Source of the DNA: Podarcis tiliguerta
Taxonomy: Eukaryota
NCBI GenBank assembly: GCA_965153285.1
Contig: OZ229112.1
Direction: 5' to 3' (one strand)
Length of the DNA stretch: 64,000 bases
The translations under genes and the position numbers were made by a program. Shown here piece by piece: positions 14,461-29,407 of the stretch. Below the pieces are notes generated by a model that did no database searches, was not told the origin of the DNA, and saw nothing but the letters and a program-made list of their open reading frames with translations. The number at the start of each line of letters is the position of its first letter. Within the stretch, counting starts at the first letter, position 1.

Positions 14461-15246
14461 ACACTTTTTTTTTTAAGTCAATGACAGTTTAGAATTTAAA
14501 AAGCATTGAGCTACATTGCCATTGCCACCCAGCGATAACAGGAGACACAGACTGGTGTCTTATACTGACTGGGCTCACTTTCCTTATGACCACCTGTTTT
14601 GGGGAAACTGGTATCTGTTGCAAGCACAGTTTTGAAGCGCCCTAAGTAGTGTTATTTGCAGGTTTCTCCAGACCCATAAAAGACTCCAAAGCACAGAGAT
14701 AGTTCATTGGGGCTGATGGAAGGCATAAGGTAGTTTCCAAACAACCAGGTTGCTTTACTCACCACCAAAGTCACTTAGATGCTGCCTAGTGGGAGTTTGA
14801 CTAGTTTGTCTGATTGGATATATTTTCAACACGCTCCAATAGTGCACTCCTATGTGTGTTTACTCAGAAAAAACCCCACTGGGTTCAAGAGGCCTTACCC
14901 CCAGATAAAGGTACACTGGATTGCAACTTAAAAGCTGAGACACTTTCTATAAACTGTGACAATCTTACTTACTGAATATGTGATAAAGTTGAAATACATC
15001 ATATAATGCCTTCCTGCAGAGACAACACAATTCTATCTGACTACATAAATCACTATGAGATGGGGACAAATGATTGATTCATTTAAACCTATATTTGTTT
15101 GGGGACCTTTTGACCTTATTAGTTCAAAAATAGGAAACTCTAATTATTATAAGCCAAATCAGTTTAAATTCATTATTTTTTTAAGAGACCCAAGGTCTTC
15201 TAAAAGAATCCATAAAATATTACTGAAAGTTTAAAAGGCCACTTAC

Positions 15247-15321
15247 TTTCAGACGTGCAAGCTGAATGGCTGAAAATTTCCTCTCTCCATGAACTAATGG
15301 AACCAATCTATTATATAAGGC
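15247..15321 (-). CDS. MTHFD1L: MTHFD1L exon 15
   Basis: 75 nt, ALYNRLVPLVHGERKFSAIQLARLK. Confidence 0.96.
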
Positions 15322-16380
15322 CTGCAAAGAACATACAGTATAATGAAAATCAGAAGGCAAAGTGCCAGTCCCCCATCAAGGATCATAAAGTGCAGTCCCG
15401 ATTCTGCTAATAATGCATTTTCCAATTCTATTCCAAATTGGTCTCCACCCATTACAGCTTCTGAGACACTCTTCTTCCCATTTAAAGGGCAATTGATACA
15501 AAATTAACAACTATCATAACCAGCAAAATGTCTTTCATCTGCTCAGGAAAGAGGGTTTGCATACTGCGAGTACTTCCACCACACAGAGCCCACGCCGCAC
15601 TTCCTTTGGGATTACTGGACCCTAGGGAAGGACTTTAGAGCTCCACTCAACAGAACAAGAAGGTTCCCCAAGCACGGCAGTATTGGCTCACCACATTTTG
15701 AAGTAAATACATATTACAATCTAAAAACAAGGGCTCCCATAAGGCCACTAAGGTTCTGCAATTATCAGATGGCACTGCTCCTTAGGAGCCTTATCAGTAT
15801 GGACTAAACACTCAGTTACCGGGACGGAAGACGAGAGTTCCCTTAACTACTGCCATGCCCTCAAGAACAGCATTTTCCTTCAAGAAGTGAATGACAACCT
15901 TTCCATTATAAAGGGGTATATATTTGGGAACACTCTTGGAATGCAACCTAAACCTCTTCTCTGGCAACCTCAAAAGCCCAGCACTGAGAATCCAAAATGC
16001 TGTTTTTTGGTCCGTCTAGAACAGAGGTAGCCAGTGTGTTGCCCTCCAGGTGTTGCATGTCTACATCTCCCAGCATTTCTAACCATTGGCCGTGCTGGCT
16101 AGGGCTGATGGGAGTTGGAGTCCAGCAACATCTGGAGGACAGCATGTTAATTACCTCAGCTCCAAACTGTGACAAAAATGCTGGCTCTGTATATAGATGA
16201 ATCTTGAGTGGAAAAGGTCTCTAAATCCACTGGATTACACCAAAACATATACACAAATTATTAAATGGCCAATAATGAATTATTTAAAATGCTTTTAACT
16301 GCTGTGTTTTAGGAAATGCAGCATTCACAGTAACAATCAGATAACATTAGTGATGGAAATTATAAAATGGTTGGGTTTAC

Positions 16381-16488
16381 CTTATCAGACTGAGTATTTT
16401 CATGCAGAATCCTTGCATCTATAGCAGCAGCCAGCAAATTATTTGCTGCAGTAATGGCATGAATATCTCCAGTTAAGTGAAGATTGAA
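16381..16488 (-). CDS. MTHFD1L: MTHFD1L exon 14
   Basis: 108 nt, [36 protein letters not shown]. Confidence 0.97.
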
Positions 16489-17115
16489 CTACGAATGAAT
16501 TAAAAATGAGAAAAATATTCATTTTGAGCCGACTGGTGAAACCCATCCAAGCCCTTTCACTTGTGGGATTAACAGCTCAGTTGAACAACTTTCAAATTGT
16601 TGTGGAAATATGATTAAATCATCATCATTGTAGCTGAAGAGATTTAATAGGCGAGAGAGGGTCTCAGTTCAGTGGATGATAGTTTATAGCCAACACAACT
16701 AAAGTACAGATGAATTAAGACGAGCTGGAAAATAAGTTTTTGCTAGGATGGAGCAACCTGCAATTTGATTCATACATTCATGTTTTTTTATTTATGATGT
16801 GAATATTGAAGGACAGAATATACTGTGTACTTCAAAATGATTGTGTGAACTTATATTGGAAACAGAATGCTGGATGGATGGCTGGTCTCATGTTCTCATG
16901 AATTTCATAACACAATTGAGCAAAAGTGTCTCAAACCAAGACAAAAAGTACAGTATGAGAAAATTAATGGCATTACACAAGGGATGAAAGTTAATCTGCT
17001 GATTAAAGAGATTTCAAAGAAATGAATATTTGTCTCTGTATGCATTTACTCTTTGACAACAGAAAGAGAGGAGCTAAAGTCCATATTCAATGGTGCGAAG
17101 AAAATTTTAGCTTAC

Positions 17116-17162
17116 CTCTTCCATTGGGATGACTTGAGCATATCCGCCCCCTGCTGCTCCAC
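17116..17162 (-). CDS. MTHFD1L: MTHFD1L exon 13
   Basis: 47 nt, GGAAGGGYAQVIPMEE. Confidence 0.96.
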
Positions 17163-17667
17163 CTACGCAGCAAATGACATGCTTATGTTACATTAGTAAA
17201 ACTATTCTGAAGGAAGGCTTGAATAAACCATAAAAGAAGAAATGGAATGATGCAAAATTTTGAGTCTCTAATGAGATTCAGAAAACAAAGAGTATTCCAC
17301 TAAGCATGGCCCACAAGTATGGATGGGAAATATTGAGATACATTTCAGAGGCAGCAAACTGAAAGTGTGGATGTGTGGGTAAAAATGCACAAAAGTACAC
17401 ACTGAAAAGTCTACCCACATACACATTGACACCCCGGTGTGGAAACAGTCTCAGCTGTGTATCTATGAAATAGATAATCACCCACATGATAAAGCTGTGT
17501 GCATATCTTGAAAGTCTACAAAAATTGTTATGCACCATACTCTCTGGACATGCCTTTAAAATCAAAGAAAAAGAGCAACTCTAAAACACAGGAATATTTC
17601 ACCGGTTTCCTTTAGCCAAAACAGTCCAGAAGCTATATTATACTGTATAATATGAAAGAATGAGTAC

Positions 17668-17804
17668 CTTTAACACCAAATGTAGGTCCTTGAGAAGGCT
17701 GCCTCAGACAGGCAAAGGAATTTACTTTAAGGTGGGCTGTCAGAGCCTGAACGAGGCCAATTGTCACAGTGCTCTTTCCTTCTCCAAGTGGGGTTGGTGT
17801 AATC
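17668..17804 (-). CDS. MTHFD1L: MTHFD1L exon 12 (P-loop)
   Basis: 137 nt, [45 protein letters not shown]. Confidence 0.97.
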
Positions 17805-20800
17805 CTAACAACACGGGAGGATGAAATGTATAAAATCAATAGGCCTGCTGACATCGGTTTTACTATGAGTATGGAAAAGCTACCAATGCAAGCCAAATAA
17901 ACATTATCCGTATAATCAATTTCAACTAAACGATGCTATTATAAAACAGGCAATTTACATCTGTTGCACTAACTTTGGTTGACATCCCATGGTATCAGCC
18001 TCCTTGTGGAACAGGCTTCCTCTCCTGCCGTGGGATTTTGTCCTCCTTTCCTTCCCCCAGGGCCCTCATGTACTCCCAAAATCTGCTCAAGAGTTGGGAA
18101 ACCCATTGGAACAGATTTGGAGCAGATAGGAGCACAGGGCTACAGCAGGGAGGAGTGGAAGGGGAAGTTCTATTGCATCTGCTTGCATGATACTGGATAT
18201 CACCCAAATGTCAATACCTCTTCTGTTAAAGCAACTGACTTAAGAACGGGGGAAACAAATTGTTTTGGCAACTGTTCTGAATACCTGGAACATACACTGA
18301 ATTTGGTATAGATTTACATGCAAGACCAAAGCCTCTCCAACTTTCTTGAAAACTCATTCTTCAACATTTAAGGGGATATACAATGAATAGGCTTATCGAG
18401 TGTACCATTATTTAGTGAACCATTATTTCCTAACCTCTCCAAGCATGAATGAGAAGGGGGGCGGGGAATACATTTTGTACAAAAACCCACCACAAAAAAC
18501 AATAATACGTTATAATAATAAATAAAGACGTGTTAGTAAAGTGCAAATAATAATACTTGCAAAACCCTAATTCTACATGAGCCCTTGGGAGTTTTTAAAC
18601 AGAGGGGAAGTATATTCATATGCTAGATAGGAGAAAGGAATAAGAACACTATTTGGCCTGCCCTGCTCCCAACAATAAAGTAGAAAGAATATTTCTCCCA
18701 TGTAGTTATATCCCACTGTCACAATTACAGCTGTGCAGCTGCATTCCTTATTTCAAGTTGTACATAGATACTTGCTAATCATGTTCGCCCTCAACAGCAG
18801 CTCTATTTTATCAAGGAACATCAGATATACAACCATCCAGATGTATGTTTTCCTAAAACATTTCAACTTTTAAAACAATTATCACAGACAGGGAAAGATA
18901 ATCATACAGAATCAATTAAACAAATACCATACGAATTGAAATAAAATGTAACTAGGTATGGTTCTAGTAAGATGGATGGCAAGAGAACCACCATCGTATC
19001 CTTTTCTGATAGAGTTCAAATTTGAAAGTCTACAAGCTCAGTTTGAAGATAATGGGATGCACACTTGAAACGCTAAGTATGTCACATTCTGAACCAACCT
19101 ACCTAGAAATTATGGTGCAATTGGAATCAATAAAGTAAACTGAGATCACAATGGTTTAACGAGAATGAGAATTCAGCTAAGTTCTGATAAAAAATGAAGT
19201 TATATGGGTGATATGAAACTATATTTTGTTCCATCTCCTAATACATCAATGCTTGGTTAATTTCTATTCTGTCTTAAAAAAAACCCCACCCTATATACAC
19301 ACACCTAAAGTTAAAGTATGATTAATGATTTTGAATTACCCTAGAAAGATTTCAAAACCAGCCAAACAATTCATCTGGGGCATCTCTCTCATCAGGCAGA
19401 GAAAATTCAAGTTAAAAACAAAACAAAATAAGATTACGTTTTCATTCACATCACTCCCACTCAGTTTCTAAGGGAAAAGCTTGCCAAGATATGCTATACT
19501 TAACTGTTTAAATCTGTGATACTTTAGTACTCGCAGTGAAATAAGTAGTTTATTAAAGGAATGTGACATTAAGGATTACATTTTCATTCCCAGGGACATA
19601 CAAGTATTCATGCATATGCTAGCCAAAAGGGGTAACTCCTATAGCATGACCTCCTGAAGACTCTAGCTAGAAATCCACCTCTAATTAGAAACATCTTTCC
19701 TTCAGCATTAGAAACTATGCAAAAGGTCCAGCTGTCCTCTGTATGCTACGATCACTTCTGGTGAGAGATACAGTCTGAAATATTTGTTTTATAGATTACC
19801 ATCTTTCAAAAAACTAATAATTGAGTATTTTGCCCCCACAGTTGCTATGAAATAATGTGTTCTGCCTATTCTCTCTTACGCAGCAGCAGAACACAAACTC
19901 TCAAAGGCATAAAGCTTTTAACTATGATCACTGGTGCCAAGAGGACTGACCAGTTTTCTTTTCCAGCCCATCTAGTACCATGAAATATGTCGTTTGCCAG
20001 AAGCCAATCATGGATTTTGAACCTGGAGGCTTGGAGATGTTGTGGATCCAGTTTGTGACTATCAGCACCAAGGACCCAAACAGAAGTAGTGTTAAAATGC
20101 ACATGTTGTCTGTGGAAGCGTGTCCAGAAATCTCTCCTTCCACTGGCACATGAGTAGGTATATAAAAAAGCACCATGGTGTAAGTGTAAGTCCTAAGAGA
20201 CATGACAGAAGTGGAGGCTAGATATGGGGCTATTTGCATCAGTAGCCACACAGCAGAACACGTAGTCTCATTCCATAATTTGGCCAAAGAGAGAAACTGG
20301 TCTGCAAGAGCTACCTAAAGACCTACTGAGTAACAGGGTCAATGAGAAAGCCTATTTTTTGTGAGCTATTATTTGAATGTTCTGTTACTTCAGACAGACA
20401 GTGAGAGCACAGTTCATGCTGTCCTGAATACTAATTAAGAAATAACCCTTTTCCGAAATACAATTGTTTCTACTGAATTCTTTGCTATCTGACAATGTGA
20501 GCGCAGAGAATGTTGCCAAACTCCATCTGCTCTCTGTGGAAAAACACACACGTTCTGCTATATTTTAATTAAAAAACAATGAAACTTTCAAACTGTAAGG
20601 GCATTCTCTCATTTTGTAAACTGGATATGTAAGGCAGTGGGGGACTAGAAAGTAGTTAATATAGTATTCTGAATCTATTAGGACACTTCAAAGGAGAATA
20701 TGGAAATAAGTTGAATTCCTCTCACTTTTCCTTTGGTTTAAAACAGATTTGCCAAGGGCTTAATTTGAAAGAAGCCCTTTCTAAAAATGGACTAGCAAGC

Positions 20801-21194
20801 GAAACTTAGCCTTTGGCAGTTTTTCTTTTACAATTCATATAGTCAGTGTCCTAAAATATTTTAACCTTTTAAAGAAGTGAAGCCTAGAAGAATCTCTCTC
20901 CTAACCCCATCACTAAACAGTGCAAAATAAATTATTCCTATTCTGCAATCACTTGCCCTAGATTAATTTTATTCATAAAACTATTTATTTACCATTTTAA
21001 CATAACAAACATGAATGCAGTTTACAGTAATATCTATATATAATAGAAACACATACAAATTTAAAATCAGAAACCATCAACTTATATTTATGGAAAAATG
21101 TATTTTTAATGGCCAGCATAAACATGGTAGAATAACTGTTTTAAAAACAGGAAGCAGAGAACAGGAAGAAGATGGAGGGCTGTAAAAAGTGGAG

Positions 21195-21435
21195 ATCCAA
21201 AGGATAGGTATTGGGGCCTGTGCTTTTTAACTTATTTATAAATGATCTAGAATTAGGGATGAGCAGTGAGGTAGCCAAATGATAACAAATTGTTCAGTTT
21301 GACAGAGGTCTATAAGACTGTACATGGTAAGAAGAAAGTAGATAAGTAGAAGTTTTTCTCTCATAATACTGGAAGCTGGAACTGAATGTTGAAAGGTTCA
21401 GGACAGACCAATGAAAGTACTTTTCACCCAGCATT
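21195..21435 (+). mobile_element. CR1 LINE fragment (internally deleted)
   Basis: Translates to VLGPVLFNLFINDLELGMSSEVAK (CR1 RT motif), followed by EVYK...KVD-like downstream sequence. Confidence 0.7.
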
Positions 21436-22023
21436 GGAGAAAGGGAAAATTTGTGAAAATCATCTCTTTCTCCACTCCAATTTTTAGTTCATGGAAGTTC
21501 CACTGAATGAAAGCGCCTTCAAGCAAGACTCAAATGGATAGAACCCAATGTACTTAAAGATACTTAGCAGAACAGTCATAATTCAGAGCAGTGAGACAGG
21601 ATAGGTGGATTCATGGCTTAAAATGGAGAAAGGTGAAACTTATAAGACCACCACCTGGTATACTCCACTAAGTCTGAAAGCAGACCAGCATAGCATCTGC
21701 TGCTAATCCCCAGATTAATTGGAGATAAAATAAGCCCTGAGCTGATGTATATTTGCAAAGGGCTTATCAATTACATAGGGCATTTAAGATGGAAACAAGC
21801 ATTGTTATTTTAATTCCTTCTATTCTAAAAAAAAAAATTATACTTTTTCTTGAGTAGTTCCCCATCCCCCCCCCCTTTTGAAAATATAAATGGACTACAA
21901 GAAGAGAGAGAGGGAGAATATTTTTAAGTGTTGTGGACTTAAAATCTGGAAAAATACCTATTAAATAAGTTGAAGTGCAAGTTGGGAGAGTTTAGTAAGA
22001 AAATGAAACAAAATACTTCTTAC

Positions 22024-22197
22024 CCAGCAACCAGCACGTATTTTCCATCTGGTTGATCTTTTAACCTTTCCAGCAGGGACAGACGTACTTTGGCTTTGGT
22101 TTGGCCATAGATTTCAATTTCATCTGCAAGCAATCCTATCTCCCTAGCAAGGACATCAACAGCTTTTGGATTCTGTCCTCGGGAAATCTCAATATCA
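22024..22197 (-). CDS. MTHFD1L: MTHFD1L exon 11 (start of FTHFS domain)
   Basis: 174 nt, [58 protein letters not shown]. Confidence 0.96.
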
Positions 22198-22554
22198 CTG
22201 CAAAGGAAAACAAATTAGAGCCAGGAGATCTCTGTCAGCTTAGATGGTCATAAGCAAGGAGGCAGATGGCAGCAAAAAAATACTGAGAACCACAGAGTTA
22301 CTATTGGCATGTCACGGTCCTCTTGTTCCTTCATTTTAGTTTGTGAACCACCCTGAGATCTACGATGAAGAGCAGTATATAGATTTAATTAATAAATAAT
22401 AAATAAAATTGCAAACTTACACTGCAATCTTATGCATGTATGTTTACTCGAAAGTAAGCCCTGTGGGGCTTCCTCCAAATAAGTGTGCATATGCCTGAGG
22501 TAAAATAAGTTATAAAACATTAATACTACCATTTTGGAAATGTCTTACTATATA

Positions 22555-22911
22555 AAGGTAAAGGTACCCCTGCCCGTCAGGGCCAGTCGTGACCGACTCT
22601 GGGGTTGCGCGCTCATCTCGTTCAAGAGGCCGGGAGCCGGCGCCATCCGCAGACACTTCCGGGTCACGTGGCCAGCGTGACGAAGCTGCAGCTGGCGAGC
22701 CAGCACCAGCGCTGCACATGGAAACGCCGTTTACCTTCCCGCTATAAAGCGGCCCCTATTTATCTACTTGCACTTAGGGGTGCTTTCGAACTGCTAGGTG
22801 GGCAGGAGCTGGGACCGAACAACGGGAGCTCACCCCATGATTCGAACTGCCGACCTTACGATCAGCAAGTCCTAGGCACTGAGGTTCTACCCACAGCGCC
22901 ACCCGCGCCCC
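22555..22911 (-). mobile_element. Sauria SINE, full length
   Basis: Same family, CpG-rich; TSD GTCTTA(C/A)TATATA. Confidence 0.92.
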
Positions 22912-23280
22912 TGGTCTTAATATATAGAGGTGACTAAAACTAATTGTAAATGAAGGCCAGAACTCAGTAGTAGCAATTATGGGGTGTGTGAAAGAGAGAT
23001 GGCAAGAGTGAAAGAGAGAGAGAGGAGAGAGAGAGGAGGATGATAATGATTTATTAAATTTATATACTGATCTCAGAGAAAGAGAGAGAAGGAAGGAAGG
23101 AATTGAGGAAGGAAGAGGACTGAGTCACACACACACACACACACATATATAATAATATTTTACTCTCTAGAAAAGCCCCTACAATGCTTTCACATTTCCT
23201 TAGGCATAAATCTCTTGGCTGATTGATATTTATAAAGGGAAACCCAGGGATTGATATATTTGAACTTGGGAGAGAGATGC

Positions 23281-23282
<2 letters not shown>

Positions 23283-23326
<44 letters not shown>
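23283..23326. repeat. (CA)n microsatellite
   Basis: About 22 uninterrupted AC units; further GA/CA tracts at 22985-23145. Confidence 0.95.
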
Positions 23327-23328
<2 letters not shown>

Positions 23329-25877
23329 TGCTGCTGCTCCCCCATTAGGTAGTATAACTGGGCAGATACAAAGCAGATACCTAACCAAACAAGGGGGAAA
23401 CGCGGTGGGGAGAACAACAAAATGCAAAAACAAGCCAAGGCAAGGATATTGTATCTGTGTCAAGCTATATAGAGGAAATACTGTAGTCAGGATAATGTGA
23501 ATCGTATCAGTTGTGCTCGACATGGATACAAAGAAGAGCTTTGCTTGTCCAGAAGATTACAAGGCAATCTTCCATTTTTAGAAGGCATTGGACTACTGTA
23601 AATGTAAATACTGCTGGCAGGAAAAAAGCTTCAAAGATTCACTAGGAGGCTTTTCTGTCTCTGCTACAAAATCATCTCAAGCCGTCTTCCCTTGCAGCAA
23701 TCACTTTCATTCTGCCTGCCCTCAGCATGAGCTACTGCTCTATGGTGTTTCACATTAAAAAGCTGTGTGCTGGTAACAGCAGGATTCCAATGAACTGGTA
23801 GCAATAGATGGAATCATAATTGTTAACCTTCCAACACCGAATCCCTTCAACTTGATACAGGGGGATTCATAAGGGCTCAAACTGGGTAAATACTGGATGG
23901 CTAAGGTGCGTTGGAAAAGCCCTGAGCACTCTTCCTTCCTGGCTCCTCAATGACAAACTCAATATATTATGAATACGTTTAGCTCTGGCATATTTCATTT
24001 TAAAATATACACAGCCAGAAGGGGATGTAGCAAGCTGGACTGGGATCGTGGGGACAAGGAAGCATTAAGATTTTGCACACTCCCTCCCCCCCCCCCCCGG
24101 TTTGGAACTGCCTCCACACCTGGCATTCAAAATGGGAAGAAAGGCCCCATGGGTGCCACCTGCTTTCTGCTTAGCACAGCTGGGGCCAGGTAAGGACTGA
24201 GTGACAGCACAAAAGCATCAGCAGCAGTGTAACTTTGTTTTGGTCACCGTCACACTTCTTCACACGAGGCAAGATGCAGTTACGTCATGCGCTGGCAAGC
24301 TCTTGGAAGTAGATAAATTGCAAGTCAAGTATTTATGCCTAGCTGTTGCAGTCCGCAGTGTTTGCCAGAGTGTTTTAGATAGCAAGTGTTACCAGATGTT
24401 AAATGTGTCGATGTATTCAAGAATAATTGCAATGTTATCTTTCAGGATTCAGTCACCCCCGCTATCCTCTGCACCGATACACTGAAGTGAAAATGGATCT
24501 ATGCTGCAGAGTTGGTTAAGCCAAGCAGGTATGTGGCTCATGGGAGCCCCATGCAAGAACATGACTGAAGCATAACAAATATGCAGAGAGCTTGCACCTA
24601 CTTTAAGAATTTTATTATTGAGTATTTTGGGGAGGAAACCCTGCAGATGTTACAGTAATATCTTTGGAAATAACTCTAATTAATACTTGGAGTTCAGAGA
24701 GAGCCTAACACAGATGTTCACAGTTTCAATTTGCATGTTGCTTTCTTGTCCCTTTTCAATGAATCTCATCTGTTTTACTATAATACAGCATATTATTGAA
24801 TGAGGATACTTTATATCTTCCACCTGTCCACCAACGTTTCATTTGTGTGTAAAATAAACAGTTATGTAGTTCCAATAGCCAAACAGAAATCCTACAAATT
24901 ATAAAATATTTACATGTATTTTAACCTAACCCATAACACAATATACATGTTGACCTAATTTATGGGGTTGGTTTGCTTTTGTTTTTTTAATTGTCTCCTC
25001 CCTGCCCGTTTTGGAATGCGGGAGAATCCATTTATTGGATCTGTGAAAATTTAAAGATATTGAATCTTTTTCCTATAGCCATCTGGAAATGTGCTGTTCT
25101 GTTAGAAGCCTCAAATGCTAGAACTCAAATTGGTTGCAAACAAAACAAAACAAAACAGACAGCCTGAATACACATACACACACACGGTATTAAGGCACAT
25201 TAAAAAAAATTGTTTGTAGAAATCTTTAAAATGTTATTTTGTCAAATAAAATAAAGGGTTTTCCCTAAGCCAATTTATGCACAAATCCTCTAGAGGTGTA
25301 GGACAAATTATGAATACTTTCATCCATCACCACACAGGTGTGTATGCACAGCCCTGACTTTGCTTCCATCCCACTTTGCCCCAGCAAGTTGTAGTGATGC
25401 TGGGATCAGGAAGGCAGCTCCACTCCACCTCATAGCCACTACTGATGAACGGCAACCTTAGCTTCTTAGAGGAAGGGATGAAATAAAAAAAAACCCCACT
25501 GGCTATTTAATAAATAAATAAATAGTGTTGGCAAACAACTTACAAAACTGACCACTTTGGGGTCAGAAAGTATGGGCTTAGTTTAATACTTGAACCGCTT
25601 GCTTGAAAGAAAAGTCTTATGCTTCTTAACTTTGTACCCAGGCACTGCAAATAGTGCTTTCATTTTTAACTTTCAATTCTTTGGTATTTTATTGTGATTT
25701 TATTGCATATACTTAATATTCATTTTCAATCTACACCGTAAGTCACGTCTACAATATTCCTGCATTTGCAGGCAGTTGGACCAGCTGACCTTCAGAATAC
25801 CTTCCATCTCTACAAATTGTATGATTCTATGTAGCTGAAAAGTGGGATAGAAATAGTTTAAATACATACAAACATAC

Positions 25878-25975
25878 CTGGGAACGGGCGAAAGGGGTTG
25901 CAGCTTTAAGCAGCGAAGATTCCAGCTCTTATACTGTTGGGTCTGTATCCACTGCTCACTGATCTTTACAAAGTT
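25878..25975 (-). CDS. MTHFD1L: MTHFD1L exon 10
   Basis: 98 nt, NFVKISEQWIQTQQYKSWNLRCLKLQPLSPVPS. Confidence 0.93.
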
Positions 25976-26358
25976 CTTTTTCGAAAGGGGAAAAAATATA
26001 TTGTAATATACAGTTTGAAACCCATATTCTGTTTCTTACACTTTTCAAGTCCATTTCCTGTTTTCATAAACTTTGAGGTATGAAGGAGGGTGATTTAGTT
26101 GTGGGAAATGCCTAATTAGGGATTGTGTTCCATGGGTTCCCTGTGTCCCATGCTGTACACAATTGTGCCTGCACACTTTGCCACTGTTTTCAGTTGGCTA
26201 ATTTTTCCTTATGGATTGCTAATGCAAACCAGTAGTACATGTGCACATTGATTAATTCACAGTACAAAAAGAACTCCTGCTCGTGAGCCTGTGGGACTGC
26301 CTTATTTTCTCTCTCTTATATTTCAAGGGCCAAAAAGGTAGTACATAGTCTTACAAAC

Positions 26359-26450
26359 CTGCATGCACATTGCCATTGCCAGCTGACCTACATCCTCACT
26401 CAGAGGGGAGTCACTGCTCCTAACTGACTGTTCGCCAGACACATTTTGTC
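26359..26450 (-). CDS. MTHFD1L: MTHFD1L exon 9
   Basis: 92 nt, GQNVSGEQSVRSSDSPLSEDVGQLAMAMCMQ; phases match exons 8 and 10. Confidence 0.88.
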
Positions 26451-28133
26451 CTGCAAAATATTTTTTGAAAATAATCACATAAATTAATCGGGAAACACAA
26501 TTAGAACTATAACCAAACATTGCTATGGAAAGTTTAATAAAATGTTAGGAAGCCCTTACAATAAGTAGAGAAAAACATTATGAAAAAATGTCTTTTCCAA
26601 CACATTTTCCATTGTCAATATTCCCCTATACAACACCAGATGTTGTGCAACATTCTAGTGCAAATGTATTACATTTATGATCTATTCTGATTTCATTAAG
26701 ATCACTTTCAGGCATCAGCTGATGCTGCAATCTTCATATGATTTTTAAAAAGACACTGACTTAGTGATAACTTGCTCTCTGAGAAGATGAGCTTCTCCAT
26801 TATCCAGTGACTACAGTGAATATGAAGTTACTACAGCACAGTATCAGTGAACCTGAATACCAAAACCAAGATGGAGAGAGAGGGAAAAAACATGCCTAGC
26901 TTGCAGCAGCAGTCAACAGGAATGGCCAGTTGGTACCCAGTAGCAAAGAAAAGGCAACAGGACAATCATTTTGTTGAGCACAAATAATGCTGACCTGGAA
27001 CTGTCCATTAATTTCCTCCTAAACATTCATAATTCCATGTTTTTACCATCATTTCCAGTATCATTTAGTCAGTCATTCTATCTATCTATTTATAAACTGC
27101 TTAATGTTTTAAAAATCTCTGAGCAGTGTAAGTACAGTTCTTTTATGCCACTATGAAATTAGTTAATACAACAGGGAGGGTTAACAACTTTGCATAGAAG
27201 GGAAAAAAATTAAGGGAACAATTAACTGTTCACTTTCAGGTGTATGTAGTGAATGAGTTACCAGTGTAAGGAGGTTACTGTGGTTTTACCACATCACAGC
27301 TATATAATTTCTAGAGCTCTTACCTTTCATGCAAGGAACTAACATATAGCAAAATATAAAATAGCATCAAATAAAAGAGCAGAAGTCAACAAAAAGAAAT
27401 GACAAAATTGTTCAATGGTAACTTTTTACTCCAAGCAGCATTTTCACTGTTATGGTCTTACAGACGATAAGCAGGGCATTCTTATAGAATGAAATAACAC
27501 CAGGCAACTTTTTAAAACATAAAATAAGAAAGAATTTAATATACATATAAAAATTAAAGGGAAAGAAAAGGGAAACATTCAGATTCTTTGGTGCTGTGGT
27601 TTCTGTCAGGTAAAAGCAATAGGTGCATCAATAACTACATTGCAATTAAACTATGCACATTCTTTCTATCAGAGGTATGTGTTTAATACAGATGCACGCA
27701 TTTAATACATATACTTTCCCCCACAAAACAATAAATATATATTTAAAAACAATAAATAAGCAGAGTGCTTCTGCTGTTCTTCCCAGGCTATTCCAAGAGA
27801 CAGCCTATTACAAAAACATATGCCCCAAGGCACACAGACATTGTGCAGGCAGTAAACAAAACATATTTCTTTTATTAAAATCTTGTGACTCCCCTTTTTT
27901 TACCCCTGTATGTTCGTTCTGACACTGAAATATTTAGGTAAACATTCATGTGTGTTATTGGCAGGCACAATCTGACTGGCACAGTACAGACTGCATTTCT
28001 GAGTTGATCCGGACAATTTAAGTTTTCTGTACCAACCGAAAACTGATAGGGATATGGTGGAAGAAGGGATAAAAATATGAGTGGACACAAATACACTAGC
28101 TATTCAACACTGCACAGCTTGAAAGGAACTCAC

Positions 28134-28245
28134 CCCATAAAAAGTCACGTGAACAATCCACACTGGTCATCTCAGGTTTCATCCAAGTAGCTGGAATCTC
28201 TTTAGGTTTGGCACTACCCACTATCACCATATCAGCATCATGAAG
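28134..28245 (-). CDS. MTHFD1L: MTHFD1L exon 8
   Basis: 112 nt, LHDADMVIVGSAKPKEIPATWMKPEMTSVDCSRDFLW; TAG acceptor, GTGAGT donor. Confidence 0.93.
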
Positions 28246-29407
28246 CTAGGAGATGGGCATGGAGAGAAATGTCATACAAATAAAGAATTAGCTAACAATA
28301 AAATGTACTAGATTGTTTTGTCAGAATGACACCTAACGTGCTGTGTGGATGCTATGCTTAAACCACTGTGATCAGGTGAATCCTCCTCTTCCTGGCCCTA
28401 CAGCCTCCCAAAATCCACTCCACAGGGAACAAATGTTCAGTCCAAGAATAAATTATTCACCTCTTCCACCTGGCAAGATTTTTAGTGTACCAATGCAATG
28501 GCTCCAACAGTTCCCCACACTGCAGATGTTCTGAGGCAAGGTATGTCCTTCATCAAAATTAATGCAAGCAATGTGCCACTTGCAGACAAAGAATTGTTTG
28601 GCAGATGCTTGAGTGGATGTGAAAAGGTCCCAATGGGACTCAGATTGTGTCATTGTTCTAGGGACATTGTTTCCCCCGTATGATTTAAATGGAGTGAATG
28701 TGTTCAAAATTAAAAGAATTAGAAAGGTATATCCAGTACACTTAAATGTAAAACTAAATTGGAGGTGTAAAGACCCATTCAATAATCAAGTTCATCTCCT
28801 TGCAAATGCACCATATGGTTTCCAAACAGACAGTGAACTCAATACAAAACAGATGCTACATATAATTGCAGCCAAATACTATTGAAGATGCAGGGAAGTG
28901 CTCACATACTTCCCAAGGCTAACTAGTTAAGTTGTAAAATGAGGTTTGAGAAACTATTGTTGAAATCACACGGCAAAGAATGAAGAAATGTCATATGAAA
29001 CAATCACTTAGGCGAAGATCTCCAAAGACTCACTCTCAAAAGCGTAACCCATTCTAGCTGGCATTTTCTTCCTCCAATCTGGGGGAGATTAACACCAACA
29101 AATACTTTGAAACTTTAGCTTGTAGCAGCACACAAGCTAATTTCAACGAGCTTTTTTATTGATGTAGGCTTAGAAGACCCACCATTCCCCAGATAAAAAA
29201 ACTAAACCCTAAAATAACAGTAATACAAGCACTTTAAGCCAAAATATAATGATAACGTAACTGCAAATGTCACACAACTGGAAACCCTGCTTATGAAGAG
29301 ATCAGCATAAATATTACTTTTCCCTGCAGTTGGAATCAATATCTACAAAATTACACCAGAACACCCCACTATCAAATTAAAAATGTATAGTTAAGATATT
29401 AATGGGT